From sequence record LR756500.1: a stretch of 64,000 bases of DNA; one strand, written 5' to 3'. Position 1 is the first letter of the stretch. Each line of letters begins with the position of its first letter. A program made the translations under genes and the position numbers. The notes beneath the pieces are model-generated. The model saw only the letters and a list, made by a program, of their open reading frames with translations. It was not told where the DNA came from and ran no database searches. Positions 29,355-38,865 of this stretch are shown in pieces.

Positions 29355-29597
29355 TTAACTAATTAAAAAATTATAACACTTTTCTAAAACTTTTTCTTTA
29401 TCTTCAGTATATTCAGCTTCCCATACAACTAAAACTTTATAATTTTGTCTTTTTAAAAATTTAATTCTTAATTCTTCATGTAACCATATATCTTTAACTT
29501 TAGTCCATCCTCCTATTTTATCGTCAGGTTTATTTTTTAAAGGATTAGCATGCCAAAAATCTCCGTTAAATTCAATTACTTTATTATTACTAAACAT
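29355..29597 (-). CDS. C-terminal fragment of a Vsr-like/PD-(D/E)XK homing endonuclease
   Basis: VIEFNGDFWHANP...YKVLVVWE; lacks the upstream catalytic D strand. Confidence 0.65.
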   Translation of the reverse strand: MFSNNKVIEFNGDFWHANPLKNKPDDKIGGWTKVKDIWLHEELRIKFLKRQNYKVLVVWEAEYTEDKEKVLEKCYNFLIS

Positions 29598-30871
29598 TAA
29601 CTTATTTCAACTAAATATTTTATTGTACATTTTTCTGGTTCATATATTGTAAATTCATCATTTATAAGATCTGCTCCTCCATGTGCATATACTGAATCAT
29701 ATTTATTGTCATCAAGCATTTTTTTACTGAGTTTATATGCATCAGAATTATGTTTTGTCCAATGCCATTGTTTTCCTACATTAACAGCATAAATCGCCAA
29801 AAATCCTGAATCATCATTGCCTTTAGCCCAATAAGAACCTCTAAATGATGAATAACCAGCAGATTTTTTAGCTTTATTTGCAAAATAGACTGCATCGCCC
29901 CACATGGACCCCGAATATATTGAATTTTTCGGTCTAATTAATAAACCTTTTTGAAGTATAAAATACCAATTTTGATTTCTAGAACCGTGCCAAAATAATT
30001 CTTCTCTTTTAGGAACATTATCATATTTAGAAGTATGATTTTCATATTTATTTTGGGTCTCAATATTAACTACTTTATAAGCTTTTTTGAAATTATTTTT
30101 CATATCACCTAAAGCCTTTTTAATCTGTTCATTTTCATCTGCATTAGTTTCTTCTATTAATAATCCTAATTCTTCAAGAATAGTAACATCTTTATAATCT
30201 TCATGTTTTTCTTGAGCAACTTGTATTGCTTTCTTTTTCTTAGTATTAGCTAATACTTGACCAGCCATAGTATCTAATGTATCTTGTTCACTAGATATTT
30301 TTTTGCTAGCTTCTTCTAATTCTTTTTGATTTGTAATAGCAGTAAACAAATGATATTGAACTTTATTCATTTGTCTTGGAATTATTGTAAAAAGCTTTAA
30401 TAACTTTTTATTTAATTCTTTATGATCAACATTAATTTTTAATGAGCCTGATATATCATTAATAACTTCTTGAGCTTCATCAACCATTGCTTGTGTTACT
30501 GCTTCTGAAGTAACAGTATATTTTTCTTGCACAACAACGTTTGCATACTGTTGTAATCTACTAAAAATTTTATTAATAATTGGATTATCAATTTCTTTTC
30601 TTACTATTTTTTTAGTAACAGTAGTTTCTAATCCATTGCCTTCAATAGTTTCTTTATGAAGATGAGTTACATCCTGATAACCTTTTTTAGTTTTTGATCT
30701 ATAAATAGAATCCCATTCACTAATAGAATAACTTTTAGATACACTCGTTTTTTGAACACGTCCATATTCAACATGCATTGTTCCATCTCCATGGTCATAA
30801 AGATCATAAAATTTATTATTGTTCAGTTCCGAAACCATGATTAATTTAATAACTTTAGTGTAATTACTCAT
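29597..30871 (-). CDS. PARP-type ADP-ribosyltransferase (WGR, helical and catalytic domains)
   Basis: NNKFYDL...EYGRV (WGR-like), KLFTIIPR helical domain, FWHGS, VYFA and NDEFTIY (H-Y-E triad). Confidence 0.9.
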   Translation of the reverse strand: MSNYTKVIKLIMVSELNNNKFYDLYDHGDGTMHVEYGRVQKTSVSKSYSISEWDSIYRSKTKKGYQDVTHLHKETIEGNGLETTVTKKIVRKEIDNPIINKIFSRLQQYANVVVQEKYTVTSEAVTQAMVDEAQEVINDISGSLKINVDHKELNKKLLKLFTIIPRQMNKVQYHLFTAITNQKELEEASKKISSEQDTLDTMAGQVLANTKKKKAIQVAQEKHEDYKDVTILEELGLLIEETNADENEQIKKALGDMKNNFKKAYKVVNIETQNKYENHTSKYDNVPKREELFWHGSRNQNWYFILQKGLLIRPKNSIYSGSMWGDAVYFANKAKKSAGYSSFRGSYWAKGNDDSGFLAIYAVNVGKQWHWTKHNSDAYKLSKKMLDDNKYDSVYAHGGADLINDEFTIYEPEKCTIKYLVEIS

Positions 30872-30923
30872 AATCTATATTTTTAAATTCATTTTTAATA
30901 TCTTTATAAATTCCTATTCTCTA

Positions 30924-31295
30924 TTAAATATTTGATATATACTTAATTCCTGCTTTATCGTAAGCTATAAGTTTTAAATCATCAATATAACATTTTGTAT
31001 CAAAATCAGTTTGTGGATCATTTGGTACATTATCATATAAATTAGTCATTTCATCACCATATTCTTCTTTGACTTTTTTATATGTAATTCTATAATCATT
31101 TAAAATAATTTTTAGTGTTTTAAATGATTCAATTTCTTTTGTTATTTCATCCATTCTATTTTCTAATTCACTATATTTGATATCTAGATAATATTCTTCT
31201 GGATGTTTTGTATCACCATCACCACCTTCGTATTTAACTAATAGATATAATTTATCTAATCTAGGTTTTTCTACTTCTTGAAAGTTAAATTTCAT
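30924..31295 (-). CDS. hypothetical protein
   Basis: 123-aa ORF. Confidence 0.7.
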   Translation of the reverse strand: MKFNFQEVEKPRLDKLYLLVKYEGGDGDTKHPEEYYLDIKYSELENRMDEITKEIESFKTLKIILNDYRITYKKVKEEYGDEMTNLYDNVPNDPQTDFDTKCYIDDLKLIAYDKAGIKYISNI

Positions 31296-31314
31296 TCTTA
31301 TCTTTATATATTAT

Positions 31315-31596
31315 TTAACTTAAAAAATCTTTTGCTTCTGTAAAAATTAATTCTTTGCAACTTATATTGTCATTACAATTTATACAATTATCTAGCAAAC
31401 ACCATTCCATTATAATACTTTCCATATCATTGGTAATTATTATTAAAGGAACTTTATTATCAAATGTAAATATTTGATCAAGATATTCTATCTTAAAAAA
31501 TATTTCTATATTAGGATATTTTTTAAGAAAATAATTATAAATATCTTTAAATTCTTGTTCTGTTCGACAAACTATTTTTTTATTAACTGTTTCCAT
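31315..31596 (-). CDS. Cys-cluster small protein, paralog 1
   Basis: WCLLDNCINCNDNISC. Confidence 0.7.
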   Translation of the reverse strand: METVNKKIVCRTEQEFKDIYNYFLKKYPNIEIFFKIEYLDQIFTFDNKVPLIIITNDMESIIMEWCLLDNCINCNDNISCKELIFTEAKDFLS

Positions 31597-31598
31597 AT

Positions 31599-31886
31599 TT
31601 AAATAAAATCTTTACCTTCTGTTACTTTATAATTAGTACAAGTTCCACCACCACAACTATTACAATATTCTTTAATATTTATATCTTTATCATATGAGCA
31701 ATAATCAATTTTTACTTCATTATCTTCTTCATATGAAACAATTAAAATAATATTTTCATTGTCGTCATTTAAATAACTAATCATATCATCTTTATCGGGA
31801 ACACTTTGTACACTATAAAATTCATTAAAATAATTTAATATTTCATTTAAATCTTTTTCAGTTTCAATATTAATTTTTTTATTCAT
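31599..31886 (-). CDS. Cys-cluster small protein, paralog 2
   Basis: YCSYDKDINIKEYCNSCGGGTC. Confidence 0.75.
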   Translation of the reverse strand: MNKKINIETEKDLNEILNYFNEFYSVQSVPDKDDMISYLNDDNENIILIVSYEEDNEVKIDYCSYDKDINIKEYCNSCGGGTCTNYKVTEGKDFI

Positions 31887-32167
31887 AAAAAATCTTTACT
31901 TTTTATAATAGTATAATTAACACATTCTAAATTACATTTATTACAATATTCTTTAATATTTATATCTTTATCACATGAACAATACTCTAATTTTACTTCA
32001 TTATATTCATTATATGAAACAATTAATATAGGATATTTATTAGATTCTTTTAAAGTTTCATTAACAAAATTAATATTAACTTTTCTTGTTATTGTATAAA
32101 ACTTATTAAAATAATCTAATATATCTTTAATTTCTTTTTCTGATTCTATTATAATTTTTTTATTCAT
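31883..32167 (-). CDS. Cys-cluster small protein, paralog 3
   Basis: YCSCDKDINIKEYCNKCNLEC. Confidence 0.75.
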   Translation of the reverse strand: MNKKIIIESEKEIKDILDYFNKFYTITRKVNINFVNETLKESNKYPILIVSYNEYNEVKLEYCSCDKDINIKEYCNKCNLECVNYTIIKSKDFL

Positions 32168-32413
32168 TTAAGTTGATGCTATTTGTCTTCCATGAAGTAT
32201 TATCATATTTTCTTCATCATCGAAAATTTTTCTAATTTCTTCGTCTTCATTCTCCTCTTCGTCTTCATTCTCATAATAAGGTTCAGTTATTGAAAAATTA
32301 TCTACAATATGATCTAAATGACCACCAAAACCTTCTATTCTAAATCCAACATGAATATCACCATGTGTATTAATTATTTCTTGTAATTTTAACGCTAATT
32401 CGCTTGCTTTCAT
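32168..32413 (-). CDS. hypothetical acidic protein
   Basis: 81-aa ORF. Confidence 0.7.
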   Translation of the reverse strand: MKASELALKLQEIINTHGDIHVGFRIEGFGGHLDHIVDNFSITEPYYENEDEEENEDEEIRKIFDDEENMIILHGRQIAST

Positions 32414-32427
32414 GTTATAAATTTTAA

Positions 32428-32586
32428 TTAACTATCATAATGATTATCATCTTCTCTATATTCGTCACAATCAATTTCATCCTCATCATCTTCAGCCTCG
32501 AATTTACAATAGCTATCTTCTGTTTGTCCATTAGTTGCATCTGGATAGTCACAACTATCTCCATTATACCATATACAATTGCACAT
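32428..32586 (-). CDS. small Cys-rich acidic protein (52 aa, not in ORF track)
   Basis: MCNCIWYNGDSCDYPDATNG...YCKFEAEDD; fills the gap between neighbours. Confidence 0.55.
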   Translation of the reverse strand: MCNCIWYNGDSCDYPDATNGQTEDSYCKFEAEDDEDEIDCDEYREDDNHYDS

Positions 32587-32603
32587 ATTTTTAAATTTAA
32601 TGA

Positions 32604-32915
32604 TTAATTATTATCTTCTTCTTCTTCATCTTCTTCATCTTCTTCTGAATCTTGGAATTCGCCGTTCCAATTTTCACCAAATTCAACAAGACCAAGCCTT
32701 TTAATAACTTCAGCTTCTTTATCAGTTATTTTTATATAAGTCATACTTTCATCGATTGTACGTTCAGCATCGCCGAAATCATATGATCCAAAACTTACTA
32801 ATTTATCACCATTTTCATCAATAATCTTTTTTAATTTTTCATCAATAATTTGACATCCATATACATAATCTGCATCATTACAGTCAAATTGAATTTTTAA
32901 TAAATACTTACTCAT
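32604..32915 (-). CDS. hypothetical protein with acidic tail
   Basis: 103-aa ORF. Confidence 0.7.
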   Translation of the reverse strand: MSKYLLKIQFDCNDADYVYGCQIIDEKLKKIIDENGDKLVSFGSYDFGDAERTIDESMTYIKITDKEAEVIKRLGLVEFGENWNGEFQDSEEDEEDEEEEDNN

Positions 32916-32934
32916 TTTAATTTAATTTTTATTT

Positions 32935-33273
32935 TTATTCTTTATATACTTCATCATTAAATGTTGAATTTTTTATTGACGTAGTATCTTGTATAATAGT
33001 TTCATTTAAAGAACTTACATTAATAGTATCTCCTTGTCTATTGTGTATAATAATAGATTTTAAAATTTGATCTGTTCCTCCTATAGTTGTTCTTTTATTA
33101 TTTTTATCTTTAAAAATAATAGAAATTCCATAGTTACTTGACTCTAATTTTATATCAACAAATTCAATTACAACAGGAGATACTAATGAATTAATTTGTT
33201 CTTCAGTTGTTGCTTCTTTATGACATGCACTAATTACAAATAATGTAATTAAGATATAATATATTTTTTTCAT
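32935..33273 (-). CDS. lipoprotein
   Basis: MKKIYYILITLFVISA-C signal peptide II. Confidence 0.65.
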   Translation of the reverse strand: MKKIYYILITLFVISACHKEATTEEQINSLVSPVVIEFVDIKLESSNYGISIIFKDKNNKRTTIGGTDQILKSIIIHNRQGDTINVSSLNETIIQDTTSIKNSTFNDEVYKE

Positions 33274-33578
33274 TTTCCAAAAATTATGTGTAAAACTATA
33301 TTTATTCCTGCTAATATAAATTTAATTGCTCCACCTAATCCAATAATGAATCCAAAATCATACCATGTACCATTATTATTTACTGCATAAATAGATATAT
33401 CATCACTAAATAAACTACCAATAAAAGAAACTATTGTTATAGTTCCGTGCCATGCACCTCCCCAAAATCCATAAGTATGACCTATTGTACATTCTTTAAT
33501 TTGTTCAACATCTGCACATCCTGTTAAAAAAATTGTTATAGCAATTAATGCTATGAATAAAATATTTATTTTTTTCAT
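33270..33578 (-). CDS. membrane lipoprotein-like protein
   Basis: LTG-C lipobox, GFWGGAWHG and WYDFGF hydrophobic segments. Confidence 0.65.
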   Translation of the reverse strand: MKKINILFIALIAITIFLTGCADVEQIKECTIGHTYGFWGGAWHGTITIVSFIGSLFSDDISIYAVNNNGTWYDFGFIIGLGGAIKFILAGINIVLHIIFGK

Positions 33579-33579
33579 G

Positions 33580-33816
33580 TTATTGATATTTAGGATTAAA
33601 AATATGTTTTGTTAAATTTAAAATTGATTCTCTAGAATAATAAATATATTTAAATTTTAAATCATTATCATAAAAATATATTCTATCTTTTTTGATATAT
33701 TTTACTTTTAAAACGAATATATGACAACCATATGTTTTTGAAATTAAAATTTCATCTCCAATATCTATTCGTTTATCATAAATATCTACTAAATAATCAT
33801 CGGAGTTATCGTACAT
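33580..33816 (-). CDS. hypothetical protein
   Basis: 78-aa ORF. Confidence 0.6.
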   Translation of the reverse strand: MYDNSDDYLVDIYDKRIDIGDEILISKTYGCHIFVLKVKYIKKDRIYFYDNDLKFKYIYYSRESILNLTKHIFNPKYQ

Positions 33817-34139
33817 TTAGAAGCTTTTATTAATTCATTAATAGGTTTATTTTCATTTTCGAATCTTGCATCCATTTCATATAAGATATAAATATTTTCT
33901 CCTAACTCATTAGCAATTTCTTGAAGTTGTTCTTCATCTCTTGTAATATCTATATCTCCATACCAGACTTTTCCTTGAGATTCTACTACTATGTTTGCAT
34001 TAAAAATAACCTTATTATTAGGAAATTGCGATCTATAAAATGATTTACTGCCTGAAATCATTCTACCTATATAAAATCCTTTTTTATATAAGATATCAAT
34101 TGCTTTATTATTTTCTGGTGTATTAAATTCGCTAAGCAT
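33789..34139 (-). CDS. hypothetical protein
   Basis: 116-aa ORF. Confidence 0.7.
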   Translation of the reverse strand: MLSEFNTPENNKAIDILYKKGFYIGRMISGSKSFYRSQFPNNKVIFNANIVVESQGKVWYGDIDITRDEEQLQEIANELGENIYILYEMDARFENENKPINELIKASKCTITPMII

Positions 34140-34140
34140 T

Positions 34141-34458
34141 TTATAAGTTTTTTATTTTATACCATGTATTAATATATGATTGCATATTTGCAGCGCCTGC
34201 TGCATTACTAGAATGAATATTTATTTTCATTCCAGTTATATCAAAGTTTTGATCTGTTAATAACCATTTTAAACAATCTAAACCAGTGGGAAGAAGACCA
34301 TTTTCATCTTCCCCTAAATCATGATCTAGTGAAACTTCTTCAGGCAATCCATTTTCTAAAATTGTAGATACAAATTCATTAAAACTTTTAACTATTACCC
34401 AATTAGAACCTTTAGGAGTTCTTTCATCATCTAGATATAATTTATACTGGTTTAACAT
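34141..34458 (-). CDS. cyclic-phosphate-processing receiver domain protein
   Basis: LYLDDERTP, SLDHDLG, TGLDCLKWL and IHSSN motifs. Confidence 0.75.
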   Translation of the reverse strand: MLNQYKLYLDDERTPKGSNWVIVKSFNEFVSTILENGLPEEVSLDHDLGEDENGLLPTGLDCLKWLLTDQNFDITGMKINIHSSNAAGAANMQSYINTWYKIKNL

Positions 34459-34464
34459 TTTTAA

Positions 34465-34782
34465 TTATCCTTTGTATTCTGTACAAAATTTTGTAACATC
34501 AGTTCCAACTTTTTCTTTTAATCCAAAGAATTTTTCTTTAAAAGCTTTAAAACCGTTATCGTCATCTGTAATTACAAATTCATCAATAACTTTTCCCTTT
34601 TTAGCTCTTCCTTCTGAAATAATTCTACCAAATTTTTTGTTAAAATTATCTTTTTCGCTACAGATAGCTAATCCGACAGAAGTCTTAACTTCCTTTTCGG
34701 ATTTTATTTCAAGAACCGCAGCTAATGTGAATCTACGTCCTTGCGCATCAATACCATGCGTAAATAATGTTTCTGTCTTCAT
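34465..34782 (-). CDS. hypothetical phage protein
   Basis: GLAICSEKDNFNKKFGRIISEGR. Confidence 0.7.
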   Translation of the reverse strand: MKTETLFTHGIDAQGRRFTLAAVLEIKSEKEVKTSVGLAICSEKDNFNKKFGRIISEGRAKKGKVIDEFVITDDDNGFKAFKEKFFGLKEKVGTDVTKFCTEYKG

Positions 34783-34849
34783 AAATAAAATTTTAATTGT
34801 AAATAATTAATTAGGTGTAAATATAATAAATATGTTTTAAATATTATAA

Positions 34850-36010
34850 TTAATGATTATATTTTTCATTTTTTATTTCATTTTCAATATTACAGCGATA
34901 TTGATTTTCATATTTATCTCTAAAATATGATGTATAAAATATTTCTTTTTTATCTAAAATATTTAATAAAAATTCCTTTCTTTTCTTAAAGAAATCTTTT
35001 TCATTATAATTAGAAAATTCACTAATTATATCAAGTACATTTTCATTATATCTATATTTTTCTCCCCATTGTGCTAAATCAATATCACATAATATTTTAC
35101 CTAAAGCATTTGTTACTTCCTCTGAATGTTTAGTTGCTAATATTGCATCATAAATTCCATCAACTATTCTTTCTTCTAAAGAAGGCTTAATATTTAACAA
35201 TATAGAATTTACTGCTTCGTGTGCACTTAATGTTTCATTTTCTTTATACTCTGCTACATCAGTAGAATAAATATAATCATGATAAAAAATACTAATTTCT
35301 AAAATAGCTTTATCAATTTCATCTATAGTATTAGATTCACAATAATTATCTAAATAATTTATCATATCATATATATGATAAATGTCGTGAAAATGTCTAT
35401 TTTCATTTGTATATACTTTAAATATTTCATCAAAATTTGTTTCAGCTATTTCAATATTAAATATATTAGTTAATTTTTTATAAGCATCAATATATCTTTC
35501 CTTTAGAAACTTATAATATAATAAATAAAATTCAGTTAAATTAGGTACAAATTTACCAACTTCTTTTCTCCATCCTGTTATTCCAATTAATCCTCTAACC
35601 ATAGAAGAACTCAAATGTTCATATTCTCTTGGAGTAATAAAATAAATAGTATCTAACGTATTATTGTCAATTAAATCTTTATTAATATAATTTAATGTTC
35701 TTTCTTCTAAAAAATCTTTTTCATTTCTTAGACCTCTTACTAAATATTTAATATCTTTTTCAACTGCATATTTAGCAATAAATCCATCTTTAAATTCTCT
35801 AACATGAACATTATTTATATTAGATGTTTTTAAAAAGTCAATAACTATTTTTTTACGTATTTCTAAGCTAAAAAAATATTTATCTTTTTTAGATGGATTT
35901 TCAGCTATTAATACATAAAGATTATCGAATATCTCTGCAGCTTTTTCTATAACCCAACAATGACCACGAGTTAAAATATCAAAACTTCCTGCATATATAG
36001 CATTTTTCAT
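34850..36010 (-). CDS. coaD: phosphopantetheine adenylyltransferase fused to an HD-like phosphohydrolase
   Basis: YAGSFDILTRGH, VRGLRNEKDF..E and SSSMVR, then RHFHDIYHI...FYHDYIY...CDID. Confidence 0.85.
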   Translation of the reverse strand: MKNAIYAGSFDILTRGHCWVIEKAAEIFDNLYVLIAENPSKKDKYFFSLEIRKKIVIDFLKTSNINNVHVREFKDGFIAKYAVEKDIKYLVRGLRNEKDFLEERTLNYINKDLIDNNTLDTIYFITPREYEHLSSSMVRGLIGITGWRKEVGKFVPNLTEFYLLYYKFLKERYIDAYKKLTNIFNIEIAETNFDEIFKVYTNENRHFHDIYHIYDMINYLDNYCESNTIDEIDKAILEISIFYHDYIYSTDVAEYKENETLSAHEAVNSILLNIKPSLEERIVDGIYDAILATKHSEEVTNALGKILCDIDLAQWGEKYRYNENVLDIISEFSNYNEKDFFKKRKEFLLNILDKKEIFYTSYFRDKYENQYRCNIENEIKNEKYNH

Positions 36011-36012
36011 TA

Positions 36013-36519
36013 TTATTTATTATTTTTAATGATTTCAGTAATTTTGAATATTTTATCTTTATCAGAAGAACCTGAATTAATAGCTTTAACAATATTATAT
36101 GATTTAAACATATCTTCATCATATTTGGATAAACCTAATTTTTTCATAAAATCTATTTTTTCTTGTAAATTAGTAACTTCAGCTTCAATATCTAATATTT
36201 TTGTTAATTTAGATTTAATTTGATCTTCAAACAGTTGAATATGATTTTTAGATGAAGATAACAAATCAAAAACAGATTTATCACTTAATACTAAATATCC
36301 TACTAATACATTACTAATAATTTTATTAAATGTTTTTTCATCATTAGGAAAAAGTTCAATTTCATAAAATCCACTATAACCATTATGTTTATAACTTTTA
36401 ATTCTTATATATTTTATACCATATACCCTATTAAAATTCATAATTTCTTGTGTTATCCATATAGGAGCTTTAACTGATAATTTTACAAAATCTCCATCTT
36501 TAAATTTTCTAGTTGACAT
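36013..36519 (-). CDS. hypothetical protein
   Basis: 168-aa ORF with a coiled-coil C-half. Confidence 0.7.
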   Translation of the reverse strand: MSTRKFKDGDFVKLSVKAPIWITQEIMNFNRVYGIKYIRIKSYKHNGYSGFYEIELFPNDEKTFNKIISNVLVGYLVLSDKSVFDLLSSSKNHIQLFEDQIKSKLTKILDIEAEVTNLQEKIDFMKKLGLSKYDEDMFKSYNIVKAINSGSSDKDKIFKITEIIKNNK

Positions 36520-36520
36520 A

Positions 36521-36835
36521 TTAATTATTTTTAATTTGAAATTCCCATTTATTTAATTTTCTATTACTTGATTTAATAATATCTTTAAAATCAAATCCTA
36601 AAGTTTTAGATACAACCATAAGCATAATAAATATATCTGCACATTCATCTAATGCATCTAATTTAATTTGTACTTCTGATTTATTTTCTTTATTGTATTT
36701 ATAACCTTCTAATAAAAGAATTTCTGCTCCTAATTCTCCAGTTTCTTCTATTAATTTTGTAAATTTAGCTAATACTTTTTCTTTATCTAAAGAATCTAAT
36801 TTATAAATTCTTTTAATTATTTTATTTACTTTCAT
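36521..36835 (-). CDS. MazG-like nucleotide pyrophosphohydrolase
   Basis: KLIEETGELG...LDECADIF (EExxE...ExxD). Confidence 0.75.
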   Translation of the reverse strand: MKVNKIIKRIYKLDSLDKEKVLAKFTKLIEETGELGAEILLLEGYKYNKENKSEVQIKLDALDECADIFIMLMVVSKTLGFDFKDIIKSSNRKLNKWEFQIKNN

Positions 36836-36879
36836 ATGTAAATATAATAAAAAAGTAGCTAATTTAAAAATTTTGATAT

Positions 36880-37989
36880 TTATTTAACTATTAATTTTTT
36901 TCTAAATATTGCATTTTTATTAGTTGCAATTACAATATATTGTCCAATAGGTATTCTTTCATGTGGATCTATAGCTTCAATTATATCATTCGTAAATCCT
37001 GTAATAATTATTTTTGAATATAATTCTTGTCCTAATTCATTAATAACAACCACCATAATTTCTTCAGCACTAGAATGACTTATATGTATAAATAATGATT
37101 CATCTACATCTTTAGGATTAGGATAAATATCAAAAGAAAAAGGTTGTTCATATATTATGTATTTAGTATCAAAATATTTATAAAATCCATTTTTATCTAC
37201 TTGTTTTAATCTATAATAATTTATTCCATTTGTTGGATTTATATCATATATTGAATATTCAATATTTTCATTAGAATTGCCCACAGCAAAAACAATATCA
37301 AGCATATTAAAATTAATAAGATTATTTGATTTTTCTATAATAAATAAATCTGTATTAATTTCAGATGATGTAGCCCAATCTATTTTAACTTCATTATCTA
37401 TTAAACTTACTTCAAAATTTAATAATTCAATTGGTAAAGTATTTACTATTATGCTATCAGTAATAACAACAGAACCTGAAATAGTAATAGGATCAATTCC
37501 CATTATACAACAACTACCTGATACAGAACTTGCAATTATTGTTCCATTACCATTTATGTCTGCTCCTACTCCATTATTAATATTACCAGTTACAAATAAA
37601 TTTCCATTAATTGTTATATTATTTGAATTATTGTTATTTATTAAATCATTTAAAATAATAAGAGTTGCACCTTCATCTATTATAACTATACATCCATTAT
37701 TAAATTGAATATTTTGTACAACTAATATACCACAACCTATTATATGTAATGAACATTGAGATCCAATTATTAATGTTCCTCTACATTCTGCATTTATTGA
37801 ATCTGTTCCAGATATAGTTATTGTATCTTTAGAGGGATCAGGTATTCCATGATCCCATGTTCCAGTAATACACCAATTTCCATCCTTTATAGATGTTGTA
37901 TGTTTAGCAATGGCTTTAAGATAATTATCTTGACTTGATACACTTAAACTTAATAAACAAAATAATAAAGTTAAAATTAATTTTATCAT
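36880..37989 (-). CDS. secreted protein with a T9SS type-A C-terminal sorting domain
   Basis: Sec signal peptide; LPIELLNF...W.TSSE.N...YYRLKQVD domain; IYPNP...GQ...G.Y...KKLIVK. Confidence 0.85.
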   Translation of the reverse strand: MIKLILTLLFCLLSLSVSSQDNYLKAIAKHTTSIKDGNWCITGTWDHGIPDPSKDTITISGTDSINAECRGTLIIGSQCSLHIIGCGILVVQNIQFNNGCIVIIDEGATLIILNDLINNNNSNNITINGNLFVTGNINNGVGADINGNGTIIASSVSGSCCIMGIDPITISGSVVITDSIIVNTLPIELLNFEVSLIDNEVKIDWATSSEINTDLFIIEKSNNLINFNMLDIVFAVGNSNENIEYSIYDINPTNGINYYRLKQVDKNGFYKYFDTKYIIYEQPFSFDIYPNPKDVDESLFIHISHSSAEEIMVVVINELGQELYSKIIITGFTNDIIEAIDPHERIPIGQYIVIATNKNAIFRKKLIVK

Positions 37990-38280
37990 TGAATTGTTAA
38001 ACGTTAATAAAACGTATTATTTATATTTATTATATATATTCCTTTATGTAATTGATTACTAGTATGTATTTACTAAATATCAAATAATGTTATTTTTTAT
38101 AAATCCTGCTTTATTTCCTTCATAAAAAATAGTATCACCTTTTTTTAAATTATATGTTTGCGCTATATAATGTGCTAATTTATTATCAATTTCTAAATAA
38201 AACAATCATATATTTTAATATCAGTTAAATTATTTATTTCTAAAAATTCTTTAACATTATCAATTACAATTTCTTTCATA

Positions 38281-38511
38281 TTATTTTTCTTCAATATATT
38301 TATCTATTATACTAAAAGCGTATACTCCATAATAAATAGTACAAAATATTAATATTAATACTACTGTAAATAATGATGGAAACAATGTTAATCCTATAGA
38401 TGAACATATAACAAATGATATAAAACCAGTAAAAGTAAAAAGTATAAAAAACGCAATAATTAATGAAACAATAATTATTGAATTAACTAAAAAATTAAAA
38501 TCTTTATTCAT
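38281..38511 (-). CDS. small membrane protein
   Basis: Almost entirely hydrophobic, 76 aa. Confidence 0.65.
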   Translation of the reverse strand: MNKDFNFLVNSIIIVSLIIAFFILFTFTGFISFVICSSIGLTLFPSLFTVVLILIFCTIYYGVYAFSIIDKYIEEK

Positions 38512-38522
38512 ATTTAAAATTA

Positions 38523-38864
38523 TTAAATTAGAGAATCATATATAATATTTCCTGCTATTTCTAAATTATTGTTTTTATTTATGCCCGCAATAATATCTTC
38601 ATTTTTATTATATGCGCACATGTGGAAATTTTCGTTTTCGTAATCCATTGCAAAATCTTCAGACAATTTATCTGATATTAATAATTCATTATTTAATCCA
38701 ATTGCACATAAAATATCTCCAGATTCAATGTTAAATGCATATTGAGTATATTTACTTAAATAACTTTCTAAAAAATTACCGTCAAATTCTTTTTCAAGTA
38801 ATTGTTCTAAAACTTTAATTATATTTTCTGCATCATTTATATTTCTTATAATTGCTATTTTCAT
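38523..38864 (-). CDS. hypothetical protein
   Basis: 113-aa ORF. Confidence 0.7.
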   Translation of the reverse strand: MKIAIIRNINDAENIIKVLEQLLEKEFDGNFLESYLSKYTQYAFNIESGDILCAIGLNNELLISDKLSEDFAMDYENENFHMCAYNKNEDIIAGINKNNNLEIAGNIIYDSLI

Positions 38865-38865
38865 A

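Noticed and set aside
38080-38279. Small ORF broken by a 1-nt frameshift in a T-run (…YDCF|YLEIDNKL…)
   Set aside because: It cannot be distinguished from a homopolymer sequencing error and has no recognisable function.
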